A stretch of DNA of 63,793 bases, the filler included, from Octopus bimaculoides (lineage: Eukaryota): NCBI RefSeq assembly GCF_001194135.2. It is 7 parts of 4 records of this genome, joined end to end, with 100 filler letters (N's around TTAATTAATTAA, not from the genome) between each part and the next. Parts side by side here need not be neighbours in the genome. Positions count along the whole stretch, not along the records: positions 36,392 to 42,792 come from NC_068986.1; positions 42,893 to 49,763 come from NC_068982.1; positions 49,864 to 58,332 come from NC_068993.1; 4 more parts are not named here. One strand, given 5' to 3'. Both the position numbers and the translations under genes were made by a program. The first letter of the stretch is position 1. Every line of letters starts with the position of its first letter. The notes beneath the pieces were generated by a model. The model did no database searches. It was not told the DNA's origin and saw nothing but the letters and a program-made list of their open reading frames with translations. Of the stretch, positions 38,304 through 50,780 are shown one piece after another.

Positions 38304-38914
38304 NNNNNNNNNNNNNNNNNNNNNNNNNNNNNNNNNNNNNNNNNNNNNNNNNNNNNNNNNNNNNNNNNNNNNNNNNNNNNNNNNNNNNNNNNNNNNNNNN
38401 NNNNNNNNNNNNNNNNNNNNNNNNNNNNNNNNNNNNNNNNNNNNNNNNNNNNNNNNNNNNNNNNNNNNNNNNNNNNNNNNNNNNNNNNNNNNNNNNNNNN
38501 NNNNNNNNNNNNNNNNNNNNNNNNNNNNNNNNNNNNNNNNNNNNNNNNNNNNNNNNNNNNNNNNNNNNNNNNNNNNNNNNNNNNNNNNNNNNNNNNNNNN
38601 NNNNNNNNNNNNNNNNNNNNNNNNNNNNNNNNNNNNNNNNNNNNNNNNNNNNNNNNNNNNNNNNNNNNNNNNNNNNNNNNNNNNNNNNNNNNNNNNNNNN
38701 NNNNNNNNNNNNNNNNNNNNNNNNNNNNNNNNNNNNNNNNNNNNNNNNNNNNNNNNNNNNNNNNNNNNNNNNNNNNNNNNNNNNNNNNNNNNNNNNNNNN
38801 NNNNNNNNNNNNNNNNNNNNNNNNNNNNNNNNNNNNNNNNNNNNNNNNNNNNNNNNNNNNNNNNNNNNNNNNNNNNNNNNNNNNNNNNNNNNNNNNNNNN
38901 NNNNNNNNNTATAT

Positions 38915-39137
38915 ATTGTTGTTGTTGTTGTTGTTATCACTCCGTCGCTTACGACGACGAGGGTCCCAGTTGATCCGATCAACGGAACAGCCTGCTCGTG
39001 AGATTAACGTGCACAGACACGTGTACCCTTAATGTAGTTCTTTGGGGATATTCAGCGTGACACAGTGTGACAAGGCTCACCCTTTGAATTACAGGCACAA
39101 CAGGAACAGGAAGTAAGAGTGAGAGAAACTTGTGGTG
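38915..39137 (-). mobile_element. SINE family A, 5'-truncated
   Basis: Reverse complement of the family A 3' half, with a (TTG)n tail and a small internal deletion. Confidence 0.85.
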
Positions 39138-39239
39138 AAAGGTTTAATGTTGTTCAAACATATACTTAATAAATTTCTGGTGCCAGAAACCTATATAGAA
39201 ATATCTTGCTAATTTAATGAGCACAAATATAAAATGGTC

Positions 39240-39478
39240 GGAGGGTGGTGAGCTGTCAGAATCGTTAGCACACCGGACGAAATGCTTAGCGGAATTTCGT
39301 CTGCCGTTAAGTTCAGAGTTCAAATTCCACTGAGTCGACTGTGCCTTTCATCCTATCGGAGTCGATTATATAACTACCAGTTATGCACTGGGGTCGATGT
39401 AATCCAATTAATCCCTTCCACTGGGCTTGTTTGTCACCTTTAATGTTTAGCTCCCTGTAGGCAATAAAGAAATAAATA
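39240..39478 (+). mobile_element. SINE family B
   Basis: Full copy ending GTAGGCAATAAAGAAATAA. Confidence 0.8.
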
Positions 39479-40426
39479 TAAAAAGGTCGGAAGTATGTGG
39501 CTTCGAGAAACAGGCGTTGTACGCACGATCGCATGAATATGGTTTCGATACGTGAACTAGTCTTGGCGTAAGTTCATGAGTGAAATGCATCCTTTCCTGA
39601 TGCTCCAGTTCGTTCAGCTGTAAAAATTAATAGCACTGAAATAGAGGTCCCGTTCAATGGAGTGTTGTGACCCCCCCACCCCCACCCCACTTAAACTCTA
39701 TAGAAACTTTGTAATAGTCTGCTGGAAATTGGGAGAGTAATGCCAGTCGAGGTGTTGTTGATGAGGAGGAGAAACAATAAAATTGCATATTAAAATGAAT
39801 ACATTTCTCGATGAAATTTTTTCCTGATACGTTTCCTACATACCTTGGATTCATGACACGACAAATGTTACTATAATATTACTGCAACCAGTAACACTCT
39901 TAGCGTTTAATCAACGATCCTTTGGACATAGATAGTCATAGCATGAAAGACATACAACATTGAACTTTGATTGTAAACCGCCACTTTGAAACATATGAGA
40001 TATATTCACTAAAAGATATTTTATCATATGAATATATTGTTCAAAGATGCCAATATATATTTATATAGACAAAATAGGCGAGATTTCAATAACTTTCTTC
40101 GATAGAATAATGACGCGGTTGTGATACGAGGTTCGTCCGATAATTCAAAAGTCGTATGAATAAGGCTAGCATAAACTGTCCACAAGAATATATTGTTTTC
40201 GGTATATTTGAATATTGATAAATTAGATGAATTCAATGCTATTCAAAAATCAATAGTAGTTTAAATTATTAATAACTCTCTGAGAGAATAGTCTGTAACA
40301 AAAACATTTCTTTCAAATGATTTCGTATGTTTGGATGTGTATTTCGAATATGAGAAAATATAATACGTATGTACGTTCGTATCTAGCCATAAACGTATGC
40401 CTGTGCATGCATATATATGTGTATAT

Positions 40427-40457
<31 letters not shown>

Positions 40458-40687
40458 CATACATACAGAGAGAGAGAGATAGGGAAATAGATAGAGATAT
40501 AAACATACACAATGTATATATGTGTATACATACATATACATATGCATATATATATGTATATATATATNNNNNNNNNNNNNNNNNNNNNNNNNNNNNNNNN
40601 NNNNNNNNNNNNNNNNNNNNNNNNNNNNNNNNNNNNNNNNNNNNNNNNNNNNNNNNNNNNNNNNNNNNNNNNNNNNNNNNNNNNNNN

Positions 40688-40718
<31 letters not shown>

Positions 40719-40723
40719 ATATT

Positions 40724-41110
40724 CCTTTATTATTTTACATTTTTCAGTCATTTGACAGCGGCATTGCTGGAGTACTGCCTTTAGTCGAGCAAACCGACCC
40801 CAGGACTTAGTCTTTGTAAGGCGAGTACTTATTCTGTCGGTTCGATTGCCGAACCGGTTCGGTTGTCAAGTGATGGCGAGGGGAGAAATACAGACACAAA
40901 AACACATTCATGTTAACAACACACACACACATACACATATATACATACAATTATATACACGACGAGCTTCTTTCAGTTTCCGTCTACGAAATCCACTCAC
41001 AATGCTTTGGTCGGCCCGGGATCACAGTAGAAGACACTTGCGCAAGATGCCATGCAGTGGGACTGAACCCGGAACCCTGTGGTTGTGAAGCAAACTTCTT
41101 ACCTCACAGC
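40724..41110 (-). mobile_element. SINE family C
   Basis: Complete tail, CA/TA tract and head. Confidence 0.8.
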
Positions 41111-41324
41111 CGCGCCACGTATATGTATACATAAATTTCGAACGTTGAAAACGAGAGCTCACACTGCATTGGTTGATAGAAACTTTTTTATTTGTCCGGC
41201 ATGTCAACAATTCTGCCTGCTTGCCGCCTCGAATACTTGTGATATTATAGGAAGACTCTATTCAATTTGGTTGACGGTCAAGGAAACTAGAAAAGTGTCT
41301 TAATATATTTTTCATAATGCGGCG

Positions 41325-41530
41325 AGCCGGCAGAAATGTTAACATTCCGGGCGAAATTCTTAGTGGTACTTCGTCTGTCTGCAGGTCCTGAGTCCAAATT
41401 CTTCCGAGGTCGACTTTGCATTTTATCCTGTCGGGATCGATAAATTAAGTACCAGTTACATCCTGGGGTCGATCTAACCGACTGACCCTCTCCCCCAAAA
41501 TTTCGGGCCTTGTGCCTAAAGTAGAAAATA
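41325..41530 (+). mobile_element. SINE family B (source of the duplicate at 42145-42302)
   Basis: Diverged B copy with private substitutions. Confidence 0.8.
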
Positions 41531-41764
41531 AATTGTTCTTTTTTATTTCATTCTTTTACTTATTTCAGTGATTTGACTGCGGCCATGCTGAAGCACCAGT
41601 TTTAGTCGAGCGAATCGACACCATGACATATTCTTTCTAAGCCTCTAACCGCTATGTTACGTGGACGTAAACACACCAGCATCCGTTAAGTGATTTGGGT
41701 GGAGAAACACAGACACACCAATATAGACACACTTACATGCACACACACATATATACATACACAC

Positions 41765-41823
<59 letters not shown>

Positions 41824-42435
41824 TATATATATGCTTTTATATGCAATCATATCTACCTTACATACACTCCCGCCTGTGATCTTTTTATGCGTGTGTATAT
41901 GTTTGTGGTAAAGCAGAATAAATCTAATGGTTTTCCGTCTCTTTCGATGATGTTTATTCTGTTCGATTAAAAGCATTACATACCATCTGAATAAGACCGT
42001 AAGCATCCAAGCAGTCCATAAATTAATAATCAAGCTAAATCAACATAAAAAATGTATGTACTAATACTGGATTTTTTTATTTTATTTACACAATACGTCT
42101 TCTCAGCTTTTCATTTTTGTCTGCCCAATTTCGTTCACTTGTTTGGGCGAAATTCTTAGTGGTACTTCGTCTGTCTTCAGGTCCTGAGTCCAAGTTCTTC
42201 CGAGGTCGACTTTGCATTTTATCCTGTCGGGATCGATAAATTAAGTACCAGTTACATCCTGGGTCGATCTAACCGACTGACCCTCTCCCTCAAAATTTCG
42301 GGACAAAAATTATGTACTAATACTGGGACAAAATAGTGGGACAAAGACTGGGAGGTCGTGACTGTACTTATTCATGTAAGTATAAATGTAGGTATGACAA
42401 TATGACAATGTTTGTATGTAGGTATTTATGTTAGC

Positions 42436-42476
<41 letters not shown>

Positions 42477-42534
42477 CAATGTTAATTCTCTAAATGAAGT
42501 ATTAACAGTAACTGCACGATAAAGTGTAGTATAT

Positions 42535-42640
42535 TGCCACTTAAGTGTGGCTGACCCCTAGGGGTGGATGTTACTGTTGCTTTTAGCCCCAGGAGGACAT
42601 CTCCTCCAGCTGGCTTATCGACACACGACTGTGTCCTGTT
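42535..42640. repeat. Unclassified repeat, also at about 55710-55810; possibly a LINE 3' end on the minus strand
   Basis: GCCACTTAA(G/A)TG(T/C)GGCT(G/A)ACCCCTA..AGCCCCAGGAG(G/A)ACATCTCCTCCAGCTGGCT occurs at both loci. Confidence 0.7.
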
Positions 42641-43559
42641 TGCCAAGGGAGTTATCCCTCTCACCTCGACCAGCAGCACGAACGTATCCGGATTTCAGGG
42701 TTATTTCCCTTCGTCGGCGTTCGACAGCTGATGACCTTGGTGAGAGAGACAAAAACCTGGCAAACCTTATATCTTCTTTTCCAGTGAAATTCNNNNNNNN
42801 NNNNNNNNNNNNNNNNNNNNNNNNNNNNNNNNNNNNTTAATTAATTAANNNNNNNNNNNNNNNNNNNNNNNNNNNNNNNNNNNNNNNNNNNNTATATATA
42901 TATATATATATATATATATGGATACGGATATGTATGTATGTATGTATGTATGTATGCATGAATATGTACGTAAATATATGTGCATATATAAATATTTTTG
43001 CTACATGTACCTGTGTATGTGTGTGCATGAATGTTTATACATTCATGCATAAATACATACACATATATGTATACATACAACATGGTTCCAATTTCATCAA
43101 GACGAGAAGAGATGGTAAGGGATAATCTCCCACTACGACCTCTGACAATCAAGTCCCGACCTTTTCGTGCAACTTAGTCGATAAACCGACTGTACTGTTT
43201 CTGTTGACAGGAGAGAGAGGGGGGGAGAAAGGAAAAAGTGAGAGAGGAGAGAGAAAGAGAATGTGGATTTTGAAGCTGAAAAGTCAATGTTTCAGGGCGA
43301 ATGAACTCATCAGTTCATCTAAAAGAAGGTTTCATGCCACCACTGCCTTATAGCTATTACCGCTCATGAGAAAAGGTTCGGGAATAAATCCGGGATCTAA
43401 TCTGAAATTGGTGTCTCTAAAGCAGTCCGGCGTGGTTCTATGTTCTGACAATTACGGCAACACTGATGCCATGCTGTCTTGGTCCTTGCCCTTCTCTTGA
43501 ACATATCGAACACAAGCGTCAACAAATGGTGAGGTACCTTAAAATATGATTCGATAACG

Positions 43560-44560
43560 TTTAGTAAAAAGGTAGTGATAAAGAGAAATAAGTTAAACGT
43601 ATTAGCGAGCTACTAGAGACGATGATCAAAGGTATTGCAACCAACGTGCGAGTGGCAAAAATGGCCATCGGATTTTTCTTCGTAGCGGAACACAAAGCTT
43701 GCTTTATCGGAACTAGAACTCGTGCACTAAAGCAAGAGAAAAGAAAAGCCGTTTCATGGGCACGGGTGATGAAGGCACAACGTGGCAACAATGTTACAGT
43801 TTGGATTTTGATAGATTAAGACGGGTGTATGCTAATCGGTTCAAAGCAGATGTATGTGGCGCTCCAGCAACACTTTGATCGACCGGACGGGGCAAGTGAT
43901 AGGTTATAGACAGTTAAGAACATTAGTTCCTACAACGATGGCCAGCCGTGGCTCTCAGTGGAGGACCCGAGTCTTTGCGAAAGGTCAATAATAGTAACTG
44001 GAATATGAAAAGTAGAGGTCGGTTGCACAAGGGACAAATCACCCAGTTTGGATGATCTTGGCTATGAGTTTTATAAAATAAACTAGACTGTTTGATGACC
44101 TCTTGAGAAATGTCTATCATAACTAGCAGCAGAACAGAAGAATTTCCAGAAATTCTTGGCATGGCCGTACTACGGAGAGACACAGTTTACGATTGACTCT
44201 ACAGACAAAGAAGTGCTGTTAGACAGGATTGTCCAAAATGTGCGAAGAGTGATGAAACCATACTGCATGCACTTGTATTGTATCCAAATAATGCTGACTT
44301 GTGGATTTATATTGAACAACTGTTGGTACGTGCAGTAAGAAAACTGAGTCAGTCTTGAGTATCGACCCACCGCCCGCAAGGCGTGGCAAGCATTGTTCTT
44401 CTGTTTGTTGGATATGGCGGAAGAAGCTGTGAGCTGGACGACATTGAAAGGATTGAAGACAGACCTTCCTACTTGGTCAAGCCCACAAAAATTTCTTTCG
44501 TGTTTCCCTTGCCCTGCATTTTTTCTTGAATCCTTGCCTCCTTTCTAGATAAGTGCCATG
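43560..44560 (+). mobile_element. L1/Tx1-like LINE 3' fragment with zf-RVT-type zinc knuckle, decayed
   Basis: NFQKFLAW..., then CPKCAKSDETILHAL..YPNNADLWIYIEQLL (CPKC at 44230-44241), then FFCLLDMAEEAVSWTTLKGLKTD. Many stops and frameshifts; left boundary approximate. Confidence 0.7.
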
Positions 44561-44681
44561 AACGAAACACTCGGTCATTGAATCGCTTTTTTAACTTCTA
44601 CTGACAAAAAGTTATATATATATATATATACATACATACTCATGTACTGACATTTTTTTATCCTGTTTGTTCTACCAAACC

Positions 44682-44758
<77 letters not shown>

Positions 44759-45289
44759 GAATAGACAGATAAGTATTATCTCGTCACAATAAAATTATCT
44801 ATGCCACAACTATACAGAAACTACGAAAACAATACCACCGTATTTATCCAAAAACAAACACTATATCTACGCTCATATTCTCATGTTAACCCAGCAATTA
44901 TTAAAAATCCAGTGTACATCGTCACCATAGTTTTACTATTCGCGACCACTTACACTTACACTACCATACNNNNNNNNNNCCCACCCATTACAGGTATATT
45001 TACCCAACTAATATCACTGTTTACATAATATCACTATATTTACCTCCACAATATCATCATATGTGACTAATACCACTACTGCCACACAACAACACTCTAT
45101 TCCGCAACGCAACAATATTTGTACCTGCACATTTCCCCCCAGCCTTGACCCACTACATATGTTCATCAATACCATATCTTTCTAAATTAACATATCATCC
45201 TCACAACAAGAATCTGTCAACTACAAAACACCACATTAGTATCACAGATGCCGCCAGCATCTTCTAAAACCACAACCAACAGCGCTGTA

Positions 45290-46800
45290 TCCTTTCTATT
45301 TTAGGCATAAGGGTAATTGGTTACATCGACCCCAGTGTTCAACTGATAATTACAGGGTGGAGCAGAGAGAACGGACGTTTTTGAAATGGCTATTACTCAG
45401 CCCCAAAAGGCGGGACATATGTCCGACAGGTACCATTTGGTTTGTGGTGTCTTAGCATTTCTTCTTCTTTTCACGTGAAGCCATAGTGCTGTGGGCGATA
45501 GAGCATAGCGTGTTTGCCTACGAAAGTTACGTGATGAATAAGAAGTCTGCCATAGCAGTTCAGCGTGAGTTTCGGCGCCACTTCGACATTCACCGAAATC
45601 AGCCTGTTCCCACCTGTAACACAATCTTACGTTCGTAGAGGAGGTAAACTAATGAATAGGAGACCGGTGGGGTGCCACGAACGGTACAGACCCCGGAAAA
45701 TGTGGAACGCGTCTGACAAGCTTTGATATGGAGTCCAAATCGCTCTGTTCGGAAGCATTCCACTGAACTTGGCATCGGTAATCGATCGGTAAGGCATATT
45801 TTGCATGAAGAGCTGCATTTCCACCCGTACAAATTGGTCATTGAGCAACAGTTGAAACCAGGGGACTATGCACAGCGGCAACACTTTGCACGTCAGATGG
45901 AAGCAATTTTTTAGGCAAATGACAACCTCATTTTGTTAATGAGAGATGAAGCTCATTTTCATCTCAATGGCATGGTGAATCAACAGAACTGTCATTATTG
46001 GACTCTTGAAAATCTGAGAGAATTGCACGAAAGACCACTGTACAGCCCAAAAGTGACTGTCCGGTGTGCTGTTGGAAAAGCTACCGTCATTGGGCCTTAC
46101 TTTTTTAAAGACAATAATGGAAATACTGTTACTGTGAACTCCAGGCGTTACAATTGAGATGATAAACAACTTCTTTGTGCCTGAATTACGACTAAAACTT
46201 ATGCCTATTCGACGTTTGTGGTTTCAGCAGGAAGGGACGACGGTCCACACAGCCAGAGTATCAATGGACGTTTTTCACCCTCTCTTCGATGAACGCCTTA
46301 TTTTCAGGTTTGCTGACATTCCTTGGCCTTCTCGGTCCCCTGATTTGTCCATGTGTGAATATTTCTGGTGGGGAAACCTCAAGGCATGTGTGTATGCGCC
46401 TAATCCTCGTACATTGGACGATTTGAAGGAAGCTATTCGCGTGGAAGTCAGCCAAATCGACAGAGCGATGCTGGAGAGAGTGGTGGCCAACTTCCAAGAA
46501 CGCCTTCAGAAATGTATTAATGAAAACGGATACCACATGATAGATGTTGATTTCCAAACTTAATTTTTTAAAATGCTAATTCAATACAAACACATTGATG
46601 TCAATAAAATTTGTTTGCAGCTAAAATTGATGATTTGGTGAATCTTTCAAAAATGTCCAGCCTCTCTGCCCCACCCTGTATTTTATTGATCTCGAGAGGT
46701 GAAGTCGACCACGGCATAATTTGAACTCAGAACCTAAAACCAGAAGAAATGCCGCTAAGCTTTTTGCCCGGCGTGCTAACGATTCTGCCAGCTCGCCGCC
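45290..46800 (-). mobile_element. SINE family B split by the DD41D transposon (halves about 45290-45352 and 46681-46800)
   Basis: CCCCAGTGTTCAACTGATAAT|TA and TA|TTTTATTGATC..GTCGACCACGGCATAATTTGAACTCAGAAC rejoin into one continuous B copy. Confidence 0.8.
45353..46678 (+). mobile_element. Full-length (1326 bp) Tc1/mariner DD41D (rosa/Visitor-type) transposon, decayed
   Basis: Imperfect ~34-bp TIRs (CAGGGTGGAGCAGAGAGAACGGACGTTTTTGAAA and TTTCAAAAATGTCCAGCCTCTCTGCCCCACCCTG) are flanked by TA at 45351-45352 and 46679-46680. Fragmented frames give HFHPYKL, RDEAHFHLNGMVNQQNCHYW, WFQQEG and WPSRSPDLSMCEYFWWG, with 41 residues between the second and third catalytic positions. Several stops and frameshifts. 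Confidence 0.92.
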
Positions 46801-47530
46801 TTTACCAACAGTACTGTATCAATCTTACTACACCAATAAATCTAGCTAATTCACACCGTCATACTGCTCCATTCTAAAGAAAAGCAGTAACACGTTGGAT
46901 ATTGTATTTCAAGGTACATTATGTCTATGAGAGAAAACATACCGATCGATTACAAATGGAACGCCATCAGAGTTGACCAGGGGATTAAATATTAACAACA
47001 ATGACCGCAAACACCACAGCAACAACAACTTCCCCCACAATTCCACAGCATTAAATATGCAACACCACTACACCTATCTCACAATATACAACACTATAAT
47101 GATACCCACCACCACCATCACCACATCTATCTCCACACACACCCACCCCACATCATCCCCTACGAACATTAACAAATCTACCCCATAGCACCATCATTAA
47201 TACCCCTACACCACTTTACATTAAACTATATATATAGCCTTATCCCATTTGTTCCAAGATATCAACATTGTCATCTACACTTTCAATTATGGATTTAGAT
47301 TTTCAGATTGTTCCTTATATTTCAATTCTCTTAATCTATATTAAGTCTTATATGTAGTTATTAAATACATTCTCCCTCTTTCTCTTTCTCTTCGTCTCTG
47401 TCACACGCACACAACAACAAAAGACATTACTATAAGCACATGAATTTCTATACATTCATATACCTATGCATTACAAACATACGCACAGATTAACACACAC
47501 ATAATACCTTAGATATAATAACCCAAATAC

Positions 47531-47621
<91 letters not shown>

Positions 47622-48751
47622 TGCTAATATATAATCTCTTAATGACTTGTATCCATACAAACAAGCATTACGCTACACACTCAAATATTTATACACACAG
47701 AGAAATATATTTTAAGATTTGTTGACTCAAATTATTGTCAAAATGAAGGCTTAAAGTGATGAAAAGGTAAAGATTTCAATACGAGAAAAATAAGACACAC
47801 TCTTCTAGTAAGGACTTTAAGGTATCGGTTGAAACTAAGAATATCTTGTAAGCACACACAAAACATGTAAAAGTCACTAGAACTGACACAAATTGAAAGC
47901 GAAATTCAACGAAGGCGCCTCTACCTAGTCGTTTGACCTGGTATAGTTTACTATCAAATCTTGCTGAAATTATATTCTACTGTCATAAAAAAGGCAAAAC
48001 ATATTGGAAACTGCTGTAACCTTACAAATAACGAATGATAACGAAATACGGATGTAACACAAAGCGCAATTACTGTATTATCTACGAATACTTATTATTG
48101 TTTCATGTTGCAACGAGAGATTATGGAGGATCTGGTTAGAATACTTTTAATCCAGGGTATTTTCAGTGACTGCTGACACTGGACTAAGGCAACGAATATA
48201 GATACTGGAAAATGCGTTATGTCTGAAAAAAGACGATATGGTCAAGACTGGACTACCTTCAATCATAGGCCTCTTCAATCAGGACTCACCTGGAGTTAAA
48301 CAGTAACAACAAATCTAAAATTCTAGAAAATACGTATAGCGTCTATGTTTGTAGATTCTGGTGAATTAAGAGACAGAAGGTTTGTACTTTTTAAAATTGT
48401 AAGTAATTTTTAAGTTTTAAAGAAAATCTAAGCTAATCGGATAATGCTCTATTCAGTTTTATATTAAAATGCATTGAAATATTATTTCTTAAGGTCAAGA
48501 GAAGCACTTATAAAAATGTAGTTCGTGTCACCGGTAACGGAGCAGAGAGCCTCATTGAACTTTCGTAAAATCTGCCTACAACACACACACACACAGATAC
48601 ACACATATGGACGCGCACACGCATGCACACAAATACACAAGCATACACACACATATATACATACATGCCTGTGTGTGTGTGTTTATATATAAATATGTAT
48701 ATGTATATAAATGTATATATGTATATCAGTGTATGTATATATGTATGTTTG

Positions 48752-48782
<31 letters not shown>

Positions 48783-49863
48783 ATNNNNNNNNNNNNNNNN
48801 NNNNNNNNNNNNNNNNNNNNNNNNNNNNNNNNNNNNNNNNNNNNNNNNNNNNNNNNNNNNNNNNNNNNNNNNNNNNNNNNNNNNNNNNNNNNNNNNNNNN
48901 NNNNNNNNNNNNNNNNNNNNNNNNNNNNNNNNNNNNNNNNNNNNNNNNNNNNNNNNNNNNNNNNNNNNNNNNNNNNNNNNNNNNNNNNNNNNNNNNNNNN
49001 NNNNNNNNNNNNNNNNNNNNNNNNNNNNNNNNNNNNNNNNNNNNNNNNNNNNNNNNNNNNNNNNNNNNNNNNNNNNNNNNNNNNNNNAGAGAGAGAGAGA
49101 GACGGTTACCATCTTCAATTAACCATCACGTTATAATTTAATGTACATAAAACATTCCATTTGCTTTAAAAGTGTATAATATGGGTTATAAGATGGATTA
49201 GGAGAGATTAAAACACATTAGGAGATCACGACACACATCAACTTCTCTATTATCTAAACGCTGAAACAATCGATTTTCTCCAGATAGTTGAGATTAAATA
49301 CATAGCAGCGAGTTTACAAACGTGACATCCCTGAGAAAAATATTCAAATGTTTATACAACTTAGCAATTAACACATCGTTTTCAAATAGCATGCTCTTCT
49401 TTGGAATTGTACTAATATTCTTTCTTGTAGCTTCTCTTATTACCAACTGAAATATTCATTATCAAATATCAATAATAAAGACAGAGGGCAAAAGCCTCAT
49501 AATACGTCTTTGTCGAATGATTTTCCTAATTTTAATATAGCTTTTCAACAGAATTTTGTTATGAACCCTAGCATGACAATTCCAAATTTTAGTTCTCTTT
49601 TACTAATGATATACACTGTAAAGTTGTGAGTGTGCATAGCAGGGACGTACCGCCTCGATAGTAAGGTAGATCGATAGCAACATTTTCTTTTATAGCAAAA
49701 TATGCACCAAATTCAATTGAATTACGAAGGTTGCTCTGATTACTATGCATAAAATGCAATATANNNNNNNNNNNNNNNNNNNNNNNNNNNNNNNNNNNNN
49801 NNNNNNNTTAATTAATTAANNNNNNNNNNNNNNNNNNNNNNNNNNNNNNNNNNNNNNNNNNNN

Positions 49864-49910
<47 letters not shown>

Positions 49911-50004
49911 ATATTGGTAGATAGATAGATAGATAGACAGATAGATAGATACACATATAAGTAAATATATACAGTCGCATAAACACACACTCCCTCTCTC
50001 TCTC

Positions 50005-50039
<35 letters not shown>

Positions 50040-50049
50040 NNNNNNNNNN

Positions 50050-50082
<33 letters not shown>

Positions 50083-50332
50083 TACACACACATATATATA
50101 CACATTTATATGCATATATTTATACATATATATGTACATATATCTATACATATTTGAATGCAAGAGTAGTGATAGGAATTCCCACCAGCCTTAAGTTATC
50201 AGCCAAAAAAGTGTTTGTAAAAATACAAACACTACCCTTATGACCGAAACACAATATCTCAATATATATATAAGTATAGCATATAAATTAATCATGTATA
50301 CCTACATGGGTATATATAATTATATATATACC

Positions 50333-50390
<58 letters not shown>

Positions 50391-50419
50391 AAGAGAGAGG
50401 CTTATATGTATTCATAAAT

Positions 50420-50780
50420 AGGCGAGGTTGTAAGAAAGTCAGTTTTTAACCCACATGGATCTGGGTTCAGTCCTCTATGTGGTATCTTGGGCAAGTTTGT
50501 CCTCTAGCCACAGAGCGATCAAAGACATGTGAATGTATTTGGAAGGAAATTCAAAGAAGCCTGTTGTATATTGATAGATATGTATTTACCTACGTGTGCG
50601 TGTCCTTGTACCTGTGCTTGTCCCCCATCGCCCTGAATAGCATTTTATGTGCTTGTAAGCAAGCGGTTCGGCAAAATGCGGCCGGAAGGACTAAATAGAA
50701 AAGAAAATAAGGAAAAGTAAACCGTACTGATTTCGATTTGTTCGACTAACCACCCCCACCTAAAGACGGTGTTGCACCAT
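50420..50780 (+). mobile_element. SINE family C
   Basis: GGGTTCAGTCC..CTTGGGCAAG head, short TG tract and tail. Confidence 0.7.

Noticed and set aside
40024-40236. 70-aa minus-strand ORF in unique sequence
   Set aside because: No recognisable domain and no clear splice boundaries; length is within chance.
42720-42760. CTGATGA motif as a hammerhead
   Set aside because: No correctly placed GAAA and no stem II.
43270-43320. Minus-strand CTGATGA...GAAAC as a hammerhead
   Set aside because: Stems I and II do not pair convincingly.
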